64,000 nt of DNA. Source: Candidatus Angelobacter sp. Its GTDB lineage: Bacteria; Chloroflexota; Limnocylindria; QHBO01. The notes beneath the pieces were generated by a model. That model worked only from the letters and a program-made list of their open reading frames with translations, was not told the DNA's origin and made no database searches. The position numbers were made by a program, and so were the translations under genes. Shown one piece after another: positions 1 to 9,151 of this stretch (position 1 is its first letter; every line of letters starts with the position of its first letter). The stretch covers positions 165 to 64,164 of the forward strand of contig DATHTR010000046.1 of assembly GCA_035463095.1 (NCBI GenBank). Direction: 5' to 3'.

Positions 1-119
1 GCCCGGACCGCGCTACGATGCCGCCCGTCCGCGTGTGCGCTCCTCGGTGGCGATCGACACGACCCAGCGAACGCGGGCCGGTTCGTCCGAGCGCCGACCT
101 CTTGAGGATCCCCGCGCAC

Positions 120-398
120 ATGACCGATGCGCTCGGAGCCGTGGCCGCCAGCTGGGGCGTGCTCATGGCCCTCTCCCCCACCCTCCAGATCCGGCGCATG
201 CTCCAGCGGCGCTCCTCGAGGGACGTCTCGATCGCCTACCTGGCCGTGCTCGAGATCGGCTTCATGCTGTGGGTCGCCTACGGCATCGCCCTGGGCAATG
301 CCGCGCTTGTCGTCCCGAACAGCGTCGCCTTGGTCATCGGGGCGGCGACGATCGGCATCGCCTTCCGCTACCGGCACGCAGCGCACGCGCCCGAGTAG
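120..398 (+). CDS. SemiSWEET / PQ-loop family small membrane protein (92 aa)
   Basis: ORF 18..398 trimmed to the in-frame ATG at 120 (GAGGA about 11 nt upstream). Three hydrophobic helices. PQ-loop-like LSPTLQIRRM. Size and topology fit bacterial SemiSWEETs. Confidence 0.6.
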   Translation: MTDALGAVAASWGVLMALSPTLQIRRMLQRRSSRDVSIAYLAVLEIGFMLWVAYGIALGNAALVVPNSVALVIGAATIGIAFRYRHAAHAPE

Positions 399-552
399 GG
401 GTGGTCCCCCGGCTACGACGGATGACCGATCCGCTCCATCGACACCCGGCCGTGGTCGCCGGCTTGATGTCGATGGATGCTGCTCAGCGGCCGTCCGACC
501 CGGCGTTCCCCCGCTCATTCGGGCGGCCGACCCATTCCCTTCGGAGGACCAC

Positions 553-1623
553 ATGACCACCCTGACCATCCCGACCCCGGCCAGCGCGCTGTCCGAGCGG
601 ATGTTCGAGGCCGCGCTGGGCACGTTCGACCTCGCCGCCGTGTACCTCGGAGATCGGCTCGGCTACTACCGCAGCCTCGACGCCGATGGACCGGCCACGC
701 CCGAGGAGCTCGCCGCGCGCACCGACACCGACGCCCGCTACGCGCGCGAGTGGCTCGAGCAGCAGGCGGTGACCGGGTTCCTCGCCGTGGACGACGCCCA
801 CCGCTTCAGCCTGCCCGACGGGCATGCGGACGTGCTCGTCCACCCCGAGAGCCTCGACCTCATGGCGCCGCTGGCCCGGATGCTCGCGGCTGCCGTCGCC
901 CGTCTGCCCGAGCTGGTCGATGCGTACCGCACCGGCGATGGGCTCGGCTGGGACCGCTACGGCGCGGACATGCGTGAGGGCCAGGCGGCCTTCAACCGCC
1001 CGGCGTTCACGCACCTGCTCCCGAACGAGTGGATCCCGGCCATCCCCGAGCTCGACGAGCGCCTGCGCTCGTCACCGGCGGCCGTGGTGGCCGACATCGG
1101 CTGCGGCGAGGGCTGGTCGACGATCGCCCTGGCACGGGCCTATCCCGACGCTCGATTCATCGGCATCGACCTCGACGAGCCGTCGATCGCCGCGGCGCGC
1201 GCACACGCCGAGCGGGCCGGTGTGGCCGACCGGGTGGAGTTCCGCCACGCGGATGCCGCCGAGCTCGACGAGGAGCTCGATGCGGCGATCATCATCGAGG
1301 CCGTTCACGACATGGCCAATCCGATCCCCGTCCTGTCCGCCGTGCGGCGATCGCTGCGCCCGGGAGCGTCGCTGGTCGTGGTCGACGAGCGCGTGGCCGA
1401 GGCCTTCACCGCCCCGGGTGACGGCGTGGAACGGTTCATGTACGGCTTCAGCATCACCACCTGCCTGCCGGACGGACGATCCCGGGAGCACTCGGTCGGA
1501 ACCGGCACCGTGATGCGTCCCGCCACGCTGCGCGCCTATGCGTCGGAATCCGGGTTCGCGTCTGCGCAGGTCCTGCCGGTCGAGAACGACTTCTTCCGGT
1601 TCTATCGGCTCTCGGCCGAATGA
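553..1623 (+). CDS. class I SAM-dependent methyltransferase with N-terminal winged-helix-like domain (356 aa)
   Basis: ORF 127..1623 trimmed to ATG 553 (GGAGGA 4 nt upstream). SAM motif I VADIGCGEGWSTIALA followed by GIDLDEPS and RHADAAEL. The upstream part of the ORF is R/P-rich with no motifs. Confidence 0.8.
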   Translation: MTTLTIPTPASALSERMFEAALGTFDLAAVYLGDRLGYYRSLDADGPATPEELAARTDTDARYAREWLEQQAVTGFLAVDDAHRFSLPDGHADVLVHPESLDLMAPLARMLAAAVARLPELVDAYRTGDGLGWDRYGADMREGQAAFNRPAFTHLLPNEWIPAIPELDERLRSSPAAVVADIGCGEGWSTIALARAYPDARFIGIDLDEPSIAAARAHAERAGVADRVEFRHADAAELDEELDAAIIIEAVHDMANPIPVLSAVRRSLRPGASLVVVDERVAEAFTAPGDGVERFMYGFSITTCLPDGRSREHSVGTGTVMRPATLRAYASESGFASAQVLPVENDFFRFYRLSAE

Positions 1624-1710
1624 CGTAGGGGACGTCGGGACGGACGCCTGATCCGGTCGCGCGCGGCCCGCCGTACCCTCGGGGACGACGATCCGCTCAG
1701 GTGGCCATCC

Positions 1711-1833
1711 ATGCTCCGCCCGGCGTCCAACCCACAGCCCCAGACGGTCTCCGACCGAGAGCTCGGCGCGGCCGCCCTGCTGCTCCTGATCGCGGTCGTC
1801 CTCACGGCCCTGCTGGTTCCACTCATCGCCTAG
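1711..1833 (+). CDS. possible 40-aa single-TM micro-protein (not in ORF track)
   Basis: Read by hand: ATG 1711 to TAG 1831-1833, MLRPASNPQPQTVSDRELGAAALLLLIAVVLTALLVPLIA. AGGTGG 6 nt upstream. About 36 of 40 codons end in G/C. One hydrophobic helix. Confidence 0.25.
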   Translation: MLRPASNPQPQTVSDRELGAAALLLLIAVVLTALLVPLIA

Positions 1834-1845
1834 GCGACGTCCCGG

Positions 1846-3432
1846 TCACGGGGCCGATGAACGCGCGACGGCATCGCGCGCCGCCTCGACCCGCCGAAGG
1901 CCGCGCAGGCCGTTCTCCTCGACCGCGGTCCCGACCGCCGTCCGCACGCGCTCGGCCACGAGCCTCCCGCGACGCCGGCCGAGCCAGCCCGCGTGGAGCC
2001 CGAGCAGCCACCCGAGGATCGCGCTGGCGACGATCGTTCCGACCAGGATCGCGAGCGGGAGTGGCAGCGGACCCAGGTACGGCAGGTCGACGGTTGCGAC
2101 CGGCACGCCCCCGCCGGCCACGAACAGCGTGACGTACCACGCCACGGCGAACAGGAAGATGCCGCCGATCACGAGCTGCAGGGCCCCGACGACCGGCCAG
2201 ATCCAGGGCCGCGGCACGTGCAGGTCGCGCACCGCATCCTTCGCCACGCCATCCAGCGTGCGCGTCAGCGTGGACTCCAGGTCGTCGGCGCCCAGGGCCC
2301 GGAGCACCGCCGGACGGGAAGGGGCCGGAACGCCGGTCGCGACCTCCACGAGCATCGCGCGGACCGGGTTGATGATCCGGCCGAGTGAGCCGCGGCGTCG
2401 CCAGTCGCGCAGGTAGCCGGCGGGATCCGCGCGGCGCCGGCTCTGCCCGGTCATCCAGCCGAGGAGGGTCACCGCGCGGCCGAGGAGCGAGCCTCCGCTG
2501 CGCCGTGCCCGGGCCAGGACCGCCGCCTGGACCTGGCGCGCCACTCCGGGAGGGTCGACGACGGCGAGCGCTCCCGCGACCGCGTCGTCGGTCGCCGATC
2601 GCACGCGGTCGGCATCGAGCAGCGGCCGCGGCGAGCGTTCCGTATCCATCCCGATTGCCTCGCCGAGGCGGAGGATGGCGCCGTGGACATCGGCCTCGAG
2701 CTTGGCCGTGATGAGCGCCTTGGCATCCGCGGCGCGGGCCAGTGCGTCTCGCAGGTCGCCGATCCCGTCGCCGGTCGCGGCGGACACGACGTGGACCCGG
2801 GCGCCGTCGATCCCCGCCTCGGCAACCCGGCGCACGAGGTCGGCGATCAGGCGCTCACGATCGTCGGGACCCACCCGGTCGACCTTGTTCAGGATGAAGC
2901 GGAGACGGGCGGCGTGAGGCCGAAGGGAGCGAAGGTACGCGTGGAGCCGCTCGTCGTCGTACTTCTCGGGATCCACCACCCACGCCACCGCGTCGATCCG
3001 CGGCAGCAGCTCGTCGACCCGCGCCCGGTGCTCGGTGCGGACGCTGTCGACATCGGGCAGGTCGAGGACCGCGACCCCGGCCAGCCCCGCGTCGGCGTGA
3101 CCGGCGACGTGCCGGACGCCGAGCCAGGCCAGCAGCGGCGCCAGCTCGTCGCGGCGGTCGTCGGCGACCCAGCCGATCGGCTCATCCGTCGTCGGCCGGA
3201 CGGCCCGCACCGCGCTCACGGTGTGGCCGGCCAGAGCATTGAGGACCGACGATTTTCCGACCCCCGTCCCGCCGGCCAGCGCAAGGACGTAGGCGTCCCC
3301 GGCGAATCCCGCCCGCTCCCGCACACGCCGGACGGTCGCCGTCGCGGCGTCGGCATCCTCATCGAGTCCGATGCCACGGACCAGCTCTGCCGCTTCCTCG
3401 AGCGCCGCGAGCCGCGCGGTCAGACTCGTCAT
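1846..3432 (-). CDS. dynamin-like / YfjP-type membrane GTPase (528 aa)
   Basis: P-loop GGTGVGKSSVLNAL, G3-like DLPDVDS, G4 NKVD, long helical stalk, and a C-terminal hydrophobic hairpin (WPVVGALQLVIGGIFLFAVAWYVTLF ... LAILVGTIVASAILGWLLGL). ATGA overlap with the upstream GTPase. Confidence 0.8.
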   Translation of the reverse strand: MTSLTARLAALEEAAELVRGIGLDEDADAATATVRRVRERAGFAGDAYVLALAGGTGVGKSSVLNALAGHTVSAVRAVRPTTDEPIGWVADDRRDELAPLLAWLGVRHVAGHADAGLAGVAVLDLPDVDSVRTEHRARVDELLPRIDAVAWVVDPEKYDDERLHAYLRSLRPHAARLRFILNKVDRVGPDDRERLIADLVRRVAEAGIDGARVHVVSAATGDGIGDLRDALARAADAKALITAKLEADVHGAILRLGEAIGMDTERSPRPLLDADRVRSATDDAVAGALAVVDPPGVARQVQAAVLARARRSGGSLLGRAVTLLGWMTGQSRRRADPAGYLRDWRRRGSLGRIINPVRAMLVEVATGVPAPSRPAVLRALGADDLESTLTRTLDGVAKDAVRDLHVPRPWIWPVVGALQLVIGGIFLFAVAWYVTLFVAGGGVPVATVDLPYLGPLPLPLAILVGTIVASAILGWLLGLHAGWLGRRRGRLVAERVRTAVGTAVEENGLRGLRRVEAARDAVARSSAP

Positions 3433-5108
3433 GTCGGGCTGGCCTCGGCCGCGCGACGCGCGGCGTCCCGCAGCGCCTCGGCCGTGGAGCCGAGCTCGCC
3501 GAGCGTGCCGAGCGCGGTCTCGAACCGGGAGCGGTCGGCGGCGAAGGTCTCATCGAGGATGGCGTCCAGCCGCCCGCGCGCAGCCGCGACGAACGCCCGC
3601 ACGTTGGCCTCACCGAAGATCGCCTCGAGCAGCTTCTGGTTCACCACCGCCGTGGCGGCGGTGATCCCGACCTCGGCTCCGGTCAACCCGCCGGTGGAGA
3701 CGAAGACGGCGAGGACGGCGCTCGTGCCGACGACGTTCACACCGAGGCTCGCCACCCGGGCCCACCCCCGTCGCTGCTCGCCCATGGCCCGGATCCGCTC
3801 GGCGATGTCGTCGGCCCACGCCTCGAGCTCGGCGGTCAGGCCCTGGCCGAGGTCGGACGATGCGCCCCACAGCTCGGGGTGCGCGCCGATCGCACGGCCA
3901 CCGTACTCGTCGTCCATCCAGCCCGTGGCCGCCCGACGGGCCGCCGCGTCGACGTGCTGCACCACGAGCGACACGAGGTCGGCGAAGGCCGCCTCGCGCA
4001 CCTCGGCGGCTGGCGGCGGCGGGCCGGGCCGCACGAGCGAGCGCAGCGCCGCCCCGATCCGTCCGATGCCCTGTGACAGGAACCGCGCCACCTGGCCCGC
4101 CCCGATGAAGTCGTGCCACTGGCGGACGACCTCGGCGCGCAGGAACGTTCCGCGGGACACCTCGTTGGCCAGGGCAGCTCGACGGTCGGCATAGGAACGG
4201 TCGACGAGTCGCGTCAGCGACTCGGCGGCGTCGGCCTCGTCCTGGGCCTCGCGAGCGACCTCCTCGACCGCGTCCGGCAGGCCCTGCAGGGCGCCGACCA
4301 GGCTGCGGCGCGCGAGCTGTCGACGCTCCTCACCGTCGGCGAGGAGCCGATCCAACGCGGCACGCAGGGGAGCGACCGCTTCGGGGGCCAGGGCGTCGCG
4401 CTCCGGGTCGACGGAGCCCTCGGCCACCGCCACCACCTCGAGCGGGCCGAACGCGCCCGACTCGCCCAGCCCCCGGCGCTCCAGCAGGTGCCGGTAGTCG
4501 GCGATCACCGCGTCGGCGTCCTCGCGCTCCGGCGGGAGGCGGTTGAGGATGGCGAGGAGCGGCACGCCGCGCTGTCGTGCCCGGCCGAGGAAGGTCCACG
4601 GGACCTGGTCGGCGTATCGCGTGGCCGTGGTCACGAAGACCACGAGGTCGGCCGCCTCGAGCAGTTCGACGGCGAGCGCCCGATTCTCGCGTTCGACGCT
4701 GTCGAAGTCCGGAGCGTCGACGAGCACGAGACCACGGCCGGCCGCCGGGTCGGTCACGAGCTCCAGGCCGTCCCGCTCGCTCACGCCGGGAAGAAGGTCG
4801 GGTCCGACGTCGTCCGGATGTGCGACTGCGACCGGGCGCCGGGTCGTGGGTCGCAGCACGCCGGCCGGGCTGACCGCTCGGCCGACAAGGGCGTTGAGCA
4901 GGCTCGACTTCCCGCTCCCGGTGGAACCCAGCAGCACCACGACGAGCGGGGCATCGGCGTCGATCGCGCGTGGCAGGAGGTAGTCGGCGACGTGGCGACG
5001 CAGCCGTTCGGCACGGGCGGACCGGTTCGGGCCCGGTGCCGTGGCGGCCCGACGTTCGAGGGCGAGCATGAGATCGCGGAGCGCGTCGGTCAGCATGGCG
5101 ACCGCCAT
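3429..5108 (-). CDS. dynamin-like GTPase, partner of 1846..3432 (559 aa)
   Basis: ORF 3429..5282 trimmed to ATG 5108 (MAVAMLTDAL), because the upstream gene ends at 5176. P-loop GSTGSGKSSLLNAL, DAPDFDS, NRLP. Hydrophobic segment VASLGVNVVGTSAVLAVFVSTGGL near the C-terminus. Confidence 0.8.
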   Translation of the reverse strand: MAVAMLTDALRDLMLALERRAATAPGPNRSARAERLRRHVADYLLPRAIDADAPLVVVLLGSTGSGKSSLLNALVGRAVSPAGVLRPTTRRPVAVAHPDDVGPDLLPGVSERDGLELVTDPAAGRGLVLVDAPDFDSVERENRALAVELLEAADLVVFVTTATRYADQVPWTFLGRARQRGVPLLAILNRLPPEREDADAVIADYRHLLERRGLGESGAFGPLEVVAVAEGSVDPERDALAPEAVAPLRAALDRLLADGEERRQLARRSLVGALQGLPDAVEEVAREAQDEADAAESLTRLVDRSYADRRAALANEVSRGTFLRAEVVRQWHDFIGAGQVARFLSQGIGRIGAALRSLVRPGPPPPAAEVREAAFADLVSLVVQHVDAAARRAATGWMDDEYGGRAIGAHPELWGASSDLGQGLTAELEAWADDIAERIRAMGEQRRGWARVASLGVNVVGTSAVLAVFVSTGGLTGAEVGITAATAVVNQKLLEAIFGEANVRAFVAAARGRLDAILDETFAADRSRFETALGTLGELGSTAEALRDAARRAAEASPT

Positions 5109-5175
5109 GTGCACGTCTCGCGCCCGCGGGTCCGGCCCATCGGTGGACGATACCGCCTCGCGCCGAGTGGCGGCG

Positions 5176-7047
5176 TCAGGTCGGGTCGCGGTCCTCGGCC
5201 ACGGCGAGCCGGACGCGGTCGGACGCGGCGATCGCCCAGCCCTCGTGGGCATCGCCGCCGAGGAGGTGGAATGTCCGACCACCGACGACCACGCTGCCGA
5301 TGGCCGTCAGGACGGCGGCCTGACCATCGCCGCCCATCGTGCCGCGATCGATGACCCGGCCGCCTTCGTCGAGACGGAAGATGGGATGCTCGCCGGAATC
5401 GAGCCGCAGCGGGATCGGCTCGGCCAGCCCGCGGCGCTCGAGGACCCGGTCCTCGACGGCCTCGTCCAGCGCCTGCGACGCCGGCGCCAGGAACCACGTC
5501 GCGGTCTCGTCCGCCGTCCGCAGGAAGATGCGCCCGTCGATGACGGCTCGCCGATCGACGATCACCACGCGATCGCGGGTCGAAAGGACCTCACCCTCGA
5601 TCGTGGTCGCCGAGCCGGTCGCCAGCGTGACCTCGATCGCGGGCATGCGTACCTCACCCACCTGCCCGATGACGTGCGCCCGGGGCGACTCCTCGACCCA
5701 CCAGCCGCGCAATGCGCCGGTCGCCAGCTCGAGCCAGCTCGACGGTCCTCCCGGCAGGCGCGCACGGGATGCTGCCACCACGCGACGTTCGGTCCCGAGA
5801 TGGATCAGCTGCTCCTCGGCCACCATGCCGTCCGCACCGAGGCGAACGAGCCGATGCTCGCCCTCGCGCAGCAGCACCGGCTCCGGCGCCGTCCACGGAT
5901 CGGCGTCGAGGCGCGTGGTGAACGTCCAGCGGCGCGGCTCCAGCGGGTTGCCGGCCAGGTCCGTGATGCCCGTACCGACCTCGATCGTGTACCGAGCGCT
6001 GAGCACGAGGTTCGCTTCCGGAACGAGACGCACGGCTCCGCTCTCGGCGTTGAGGTGAATCTCGGCCGCGACCGGCGTGCCGGCGGCGTCGAGCAGGCGG
6101 ACGGTCATGACGTCGAGGCCGCGCACCGGCTCGCTCAGCCGGAGCTTCGGCTCGGTCCAGGGTGGCACGTCGACGGCGTCGGCCGTCGGTCGCTCGAGGT
6201 CGACCGTCGGAGCCACCGGATCCCACGACCGCATCGGTGTGGCGTCGGGATGACCGGCGAACGCGTACCAGTAGTTCGGTGGCCCCTTGGCGTACTTCGA
6301 CCGGTGCAGCCAGATCTGCTGGCCAGGACTGAACGGATGCGGCTGCGTGGTGAGGGCGGTCGGAACGTAGCGAGGATCGGCCGTGAACACGTCGCGATAG
6401 GGCGTGCCGGGATTGCCGAGCAATCGATCGAGCAGGTCGGCCGCGCCCCGGTCGAAGTCGGTGGCGAAGTAGGCCGAGCCACCCATCGTGAAGACCTTGC
6501 GCGAGTAGTACGCCACCCGTTCCGCCGCGTCGCTCGCGGTCGCCGGCGCGAACCCGCCCTCCGATGCGCCGGGGGCATAGCACGTGTTCGAGTAGATCAT
6601 CACGAAGCCGGGCGCTGGCCGGGCGTTGGCGACGATCCAGTCCTCGCCGTAGTACGCCAGGTAGCCATCGAGGCCGTCCTCGTGGGTGCCGTTGGCCCGC
6701 GGGCCCTGGAGGCCCCAACCGTTCTGGCGCGCGGTGTTCAGGGCGCCGTAAGGGCTCGGATGCCCGTACCCATGCCCGAAGTACACGATGACATTGGCAT
6801 CGGCGACCGCGTCGAGCACGTGCGCCGGCGTGGCATTCGGGGAGTAGGCACGCGCGACCGTCGCGCCGTTGCGCTCGGCGGCCGCGGCGGCGTCGTCGGC
6901 GAGAGCCAGGTAGGTGGGCGTGAGCGAACCGACCGGACCGACGATGATCGCCACCTTGGCCGGATCGGCTGCGTTCGTGGTGCTCGGGATGGCAAGGCCG
7001 GCCGCCAGACATGCGGCGGCCAGGGCAGCGGCAGACAGGGAGCGCAC
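5176..7047 (-). CDS. secreted multidomain protein: N-terminal His/Cys-containing domain, SbsA-type Ig-like domain, repeated C-terminal modules (623 aa)
   Basis: GTG start. Signal peptide [29 protein letters not shown]. Segment [23 protein letters not shown]...[19 protein letters not shown] resembles the Big_5/SbsA Ig-like fold. C-terminal repeats of the type [12 protein letters not shown] / [12 protein letters not shown]. Confidence 0.75.
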   Translation of the reverse strand: MRSLSAAALAAACLAAGLAIPSTTNAADPAKVAIIVGPVGSLTPTYLALADDAAAAAERNGATVARAYSPNATPAHVLDAVADANVIVYFGHGYGHPSPYGALNTARQNGWGLQGPRANGTHEDGLDGYLAYYGEDWIVANARPAPGFVMIYSNTCYAPGASEGGFAPATASDAAERVAYYSRKVFTMGGSAYFATDFDRGAADLLDRLLGNPGTPYRDVFTADPRYVPTALTTQPHPFSPGQQIWLHRSKYAKGPPNYWYAFAGHPDATPMRSWDPVAPTVDLERPTADAVDVPPWTEPKLRLSEPVRGLDVMTVRLLDAAGTPVAAEIHLNAESGAVRLVPEANLVLSARYTIEVGTGITDLAGNPLEPRRWTFTTRLDADPWTAPEPVLLREGEHRLVRLGADGMVAEEQLIHLGTERRVVAASRARLPGGPSSWLELATGALRGWWVEESPRAHVIGQVGEVRMPAIEVTLATGSATTIEGEVLSTRDRVVIVDRRAVIDGRIFLRTADETATWFLAPASQALDEAVEDRVLERRGLAEPIPLRLDSGEHPIFRLDEGGRVIDRGTMGGDGQAAVLTAIGSVVVGGRTFHLLGGDAHEGWAIAASDRVRLAVAEDRDPT

Positions 7048-7174
7048 GTGGAGAGAGAACCTCGAAGGGATGGGCTGGAGCGGGCGAGACGGTGGGCAGC
7101 CGTCGCACCGTCAGGCTACGGACAGCGAGCGGCTGGACCATGCACCGTGAGGGTTGCTCGCTCCCCGTACCATC

Positions 7175-7228
7175 GGCGCTCGAGGCGCTCGAGGCGCTCG
7201 AGGCGCTCGGGGCGCTCGAGGCGCTCGG
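7175..7228. repeat. six tandem copies of a 9-bp unit GGCGCTCGA/G in the typA upstream region
   Basis: Direct reading: GGCGCTCGA x3, GGCGCTCGG, GGCGCTCGA, GGCGCTCGG. It ends 29 nt before the typA ATG and contains four CTCGAG palindromes. Confidence 0.9.
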
Positions 7229-7256
7229 GGGCGACTTCTGCGACGATGTTCGCCCC

Positions 7257-9131
7257 ATGACCACCCTGCGCCGCGAGGACGTGCGGAACGTCGCGATCAT
7301 CGCCCATGTCGACCACGGCAAGACGACCCTGGTCGACGCCATGCTGCGCCAGACCGGCACCTTCCGGGCGAACGAGGCGCTCGTCGACCGTGTGCTCGAC
7401 TCGGGGGACCTCGAGCGTGAGAAGGGCATCACCATCCTCGCCAAGCAGACGACGGTCGACTACGAAGGCGTCCGGCTCAACATCGTCGACACGCCCGGCC
7501 ACGCGGATTTCGGCGGGGAGGTCGAGCGCTCACTGCTGATGGTGGACGCGGTGCTGCTGCTGGTGGACGCGTCCGAGGGGCCGCTGCCACAGACCCGCTA
7601 CGTCCTCAAGAAGGCGATGGAGCGGCACCTCCCGGTGATCGTCGCCCTCAACAAGATCGACCGATCGGACGCGCGGCCGGCCCAGGTGCTCGATGACGTG
7701 TACGAGCTGTTCATCGACCTCGGCGCCGATGAGCACCAGATCGAGTTCCCGGTCGCCTACACGAACGCGAAGGCCGGCACCGCCACCCTGGATCTCGCCC
7801 GGCCGGGGACCGACCTGCATCCGCTCCTCGAGCTGCTCGTGTCCGTCACGCCGGCCCCGACCTTCACCGAGGGCCATCCGCTCCAGCTGCTGGTCACGAA
7901 CCTTTCGGCCAACGACTACGTCGGTCGCATGGCGGTCGGCCGCATCCGGAACGGGACGCTGCGGATCGGGCAGCGGGTCAGCATCGTGCGAGAGGAGGCG
8001 GAGGACCCCGACGGCAGTGTCGAGCCGGGACGCAGCATGACCCTGACCGGGACGGTCACCGCGCTCCACACCGCGCACGGCATCGATCGGGTCGACATCA
8101 CCGAGGCCGGCCCGGGCGACATCGTGAGCGTCGCCGGACTGCCGGAAGTGACGATCGGTGACACCCTGACCGATGTCGCCGACCCGCGGCCGCTCCCCCG
8201 CCTCGACGTCGACGCGCCGACTCTGCGCATGACGTTCGGGGTGAACACCTCGCCGATGGCCGGGCGCGACGGCACGTTCCTCACCAGCCGCCAGATCCGC
8301 GCCCGCCTGGAGCGCGAGGTGCTCGGCAACGTGGCGATCGAGGTCCATCCGACCGAGTCGGGCGAGACCTTCGAGGTGCGGGGTCGCGGCGAGCTGCAGC
8401 TCGCCGTCCTCATCGAGCAGATGCGCCGCGAGGGGTTCGAGCTCACGATCAGCCGGCCGGAGGTCATCCTGCGTGATGGCCAGGAACCGTACGAGCGGGT
8501 CACGATCGACATCCCACCGGACTACATCGGGACGGTCCAGGCCGCGATGGCCGGGCGCAAGGGCCGCCTGGAGCAGATGAGCACCGACGCCGACGGCCGG
8601 GTGCGGATGGAGTTCATCGTGCCGACGCGCGGGCTCATCGGCTATCGCGGCCAGCTCCTCTCCGACACGCGCGGCACGGCGCTGCTGCACCAGATCGGCG
8701 AGGGATACGGACCGTGGGCCGGCGAGGTGACGCATCGAACCAGCGGCGTCCTGGTGGCGGACCGCGCCGGGGAGTCGCGCGCCTATGCCCTGTCGAGCCT
8801 GGGAGAGCGGGCAGAGCTCTTCATCGGGCCATCGGCCGAGGTCTACGAGGGCATGATCATCGGCGAGAACAGCCGGCCCGGCGACATGGACGTCAACCCG
8901 ACGAAGTCGAAGAAGCTGTCCGCCATGCGCACTCAGGCCTCCGACGGTGACTACCGCATCTTCACGCCGCCCCGGGTCCTGACCCTCGAGAGCGCGATCG
9001 AGTTCATCGCCGACGACGAGCTGGTCGAGATCACACCCACCGCCATCCGGCTGCGAAAGCGTCTCCTGAGCCAGCATGAGCGGAAGCGCGCGGCGGGCGC
9101 GGCGTTCAAGGCGGGCACCAGCGCCGGCTGA
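7257..9131 (+). CDS. typA: translational GTPase TypA/BipA (624 aa)
   Basis: [49 protein letters not shown]. Full-length EF-G-like domain order. ORF 7011 trimmed to ATG 7257. Confidence 0.95.
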   Translation: MTTLRREDVRNVAIIAHVDHGKTTLVDAMLRQTGTFRANEALVDRVLDSGDLEREKGITILAKQTTVDYEGVRLNIVDTPGHADFGGEVERSLLMVDAVLLLVDASEGPLPQTRYVLKKAMERHLPVIVALNKIDRSDARPAQVLDDVYELFIDLGADEHQIEFPVAYTNAKAGTATLDLARPGTDLHPLLELLVSVTPAPTFTEGHPLQLLVTNLSANDYVGRMAVGRIRNGTLRIGQRVSIVREEAEDPDGSVEPGRSMTLTGTVTALHTAHGIDRVDITEAGPGDIVSVAGLPEVTIGDTLTDVADPRPLPRLDVDAPTLRMTFGVNTSPMAGRDGTFLTSRQIRARLEREVLGNVAIEVHPTESGETFEVRGRGELQLAVLIEQMRREGFELTISRPEVILRDGQEPYERVTIDIPPDYIGTVQAAMAGRKGRLEQMSTDADGRVRMEFIVPTRGLIGYRGQLLSDTRGTALLHQIGEGYGPWAGEVTHRTSGVLVADRAGESRAYALSSLGERAELFIGPSAEVYEGMIIGENSRPGDMDVNPTKSKKLSAMRTQASDGDYRIFTPPRVLTLESAIEFIADDELVEITPTAIRLRKRLLSQHERKRAAGAAFKAGTSAG

Positions 9132-9151
9132 GCGCTACCCTCGGTCGGGTC

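Noticed and set aside
7175-7228. Possible CRISPR-like or coding repeat
   Set aside because: The units are 9 bp and directly abutting with no spacers, which is far from CRISPR geometry. No cas genes are in the window.
7011-7256. In-frame N-terminal extension of typA that would translate the 9-bp repeat as [19 protein letters not shown]
   Set aside because: TypA/BipA orthologues start a few residues before the [12 protein letters not shown]1 motif. The extension would overlap the divergent gene start at 7047 and is R/G-rich with no motif. I treat the repeat as non-coding leader DNA.
5041-7444. Long ORFs 5041..7260 (+) and 5654..7444 (-) overlapping the secreted-protein gene
   Set aside because: Off-frame or antisense to the frame that has a signal peptide and an Ig-like domain. 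R/P/G-rich, and they cross the divergent promoter region.
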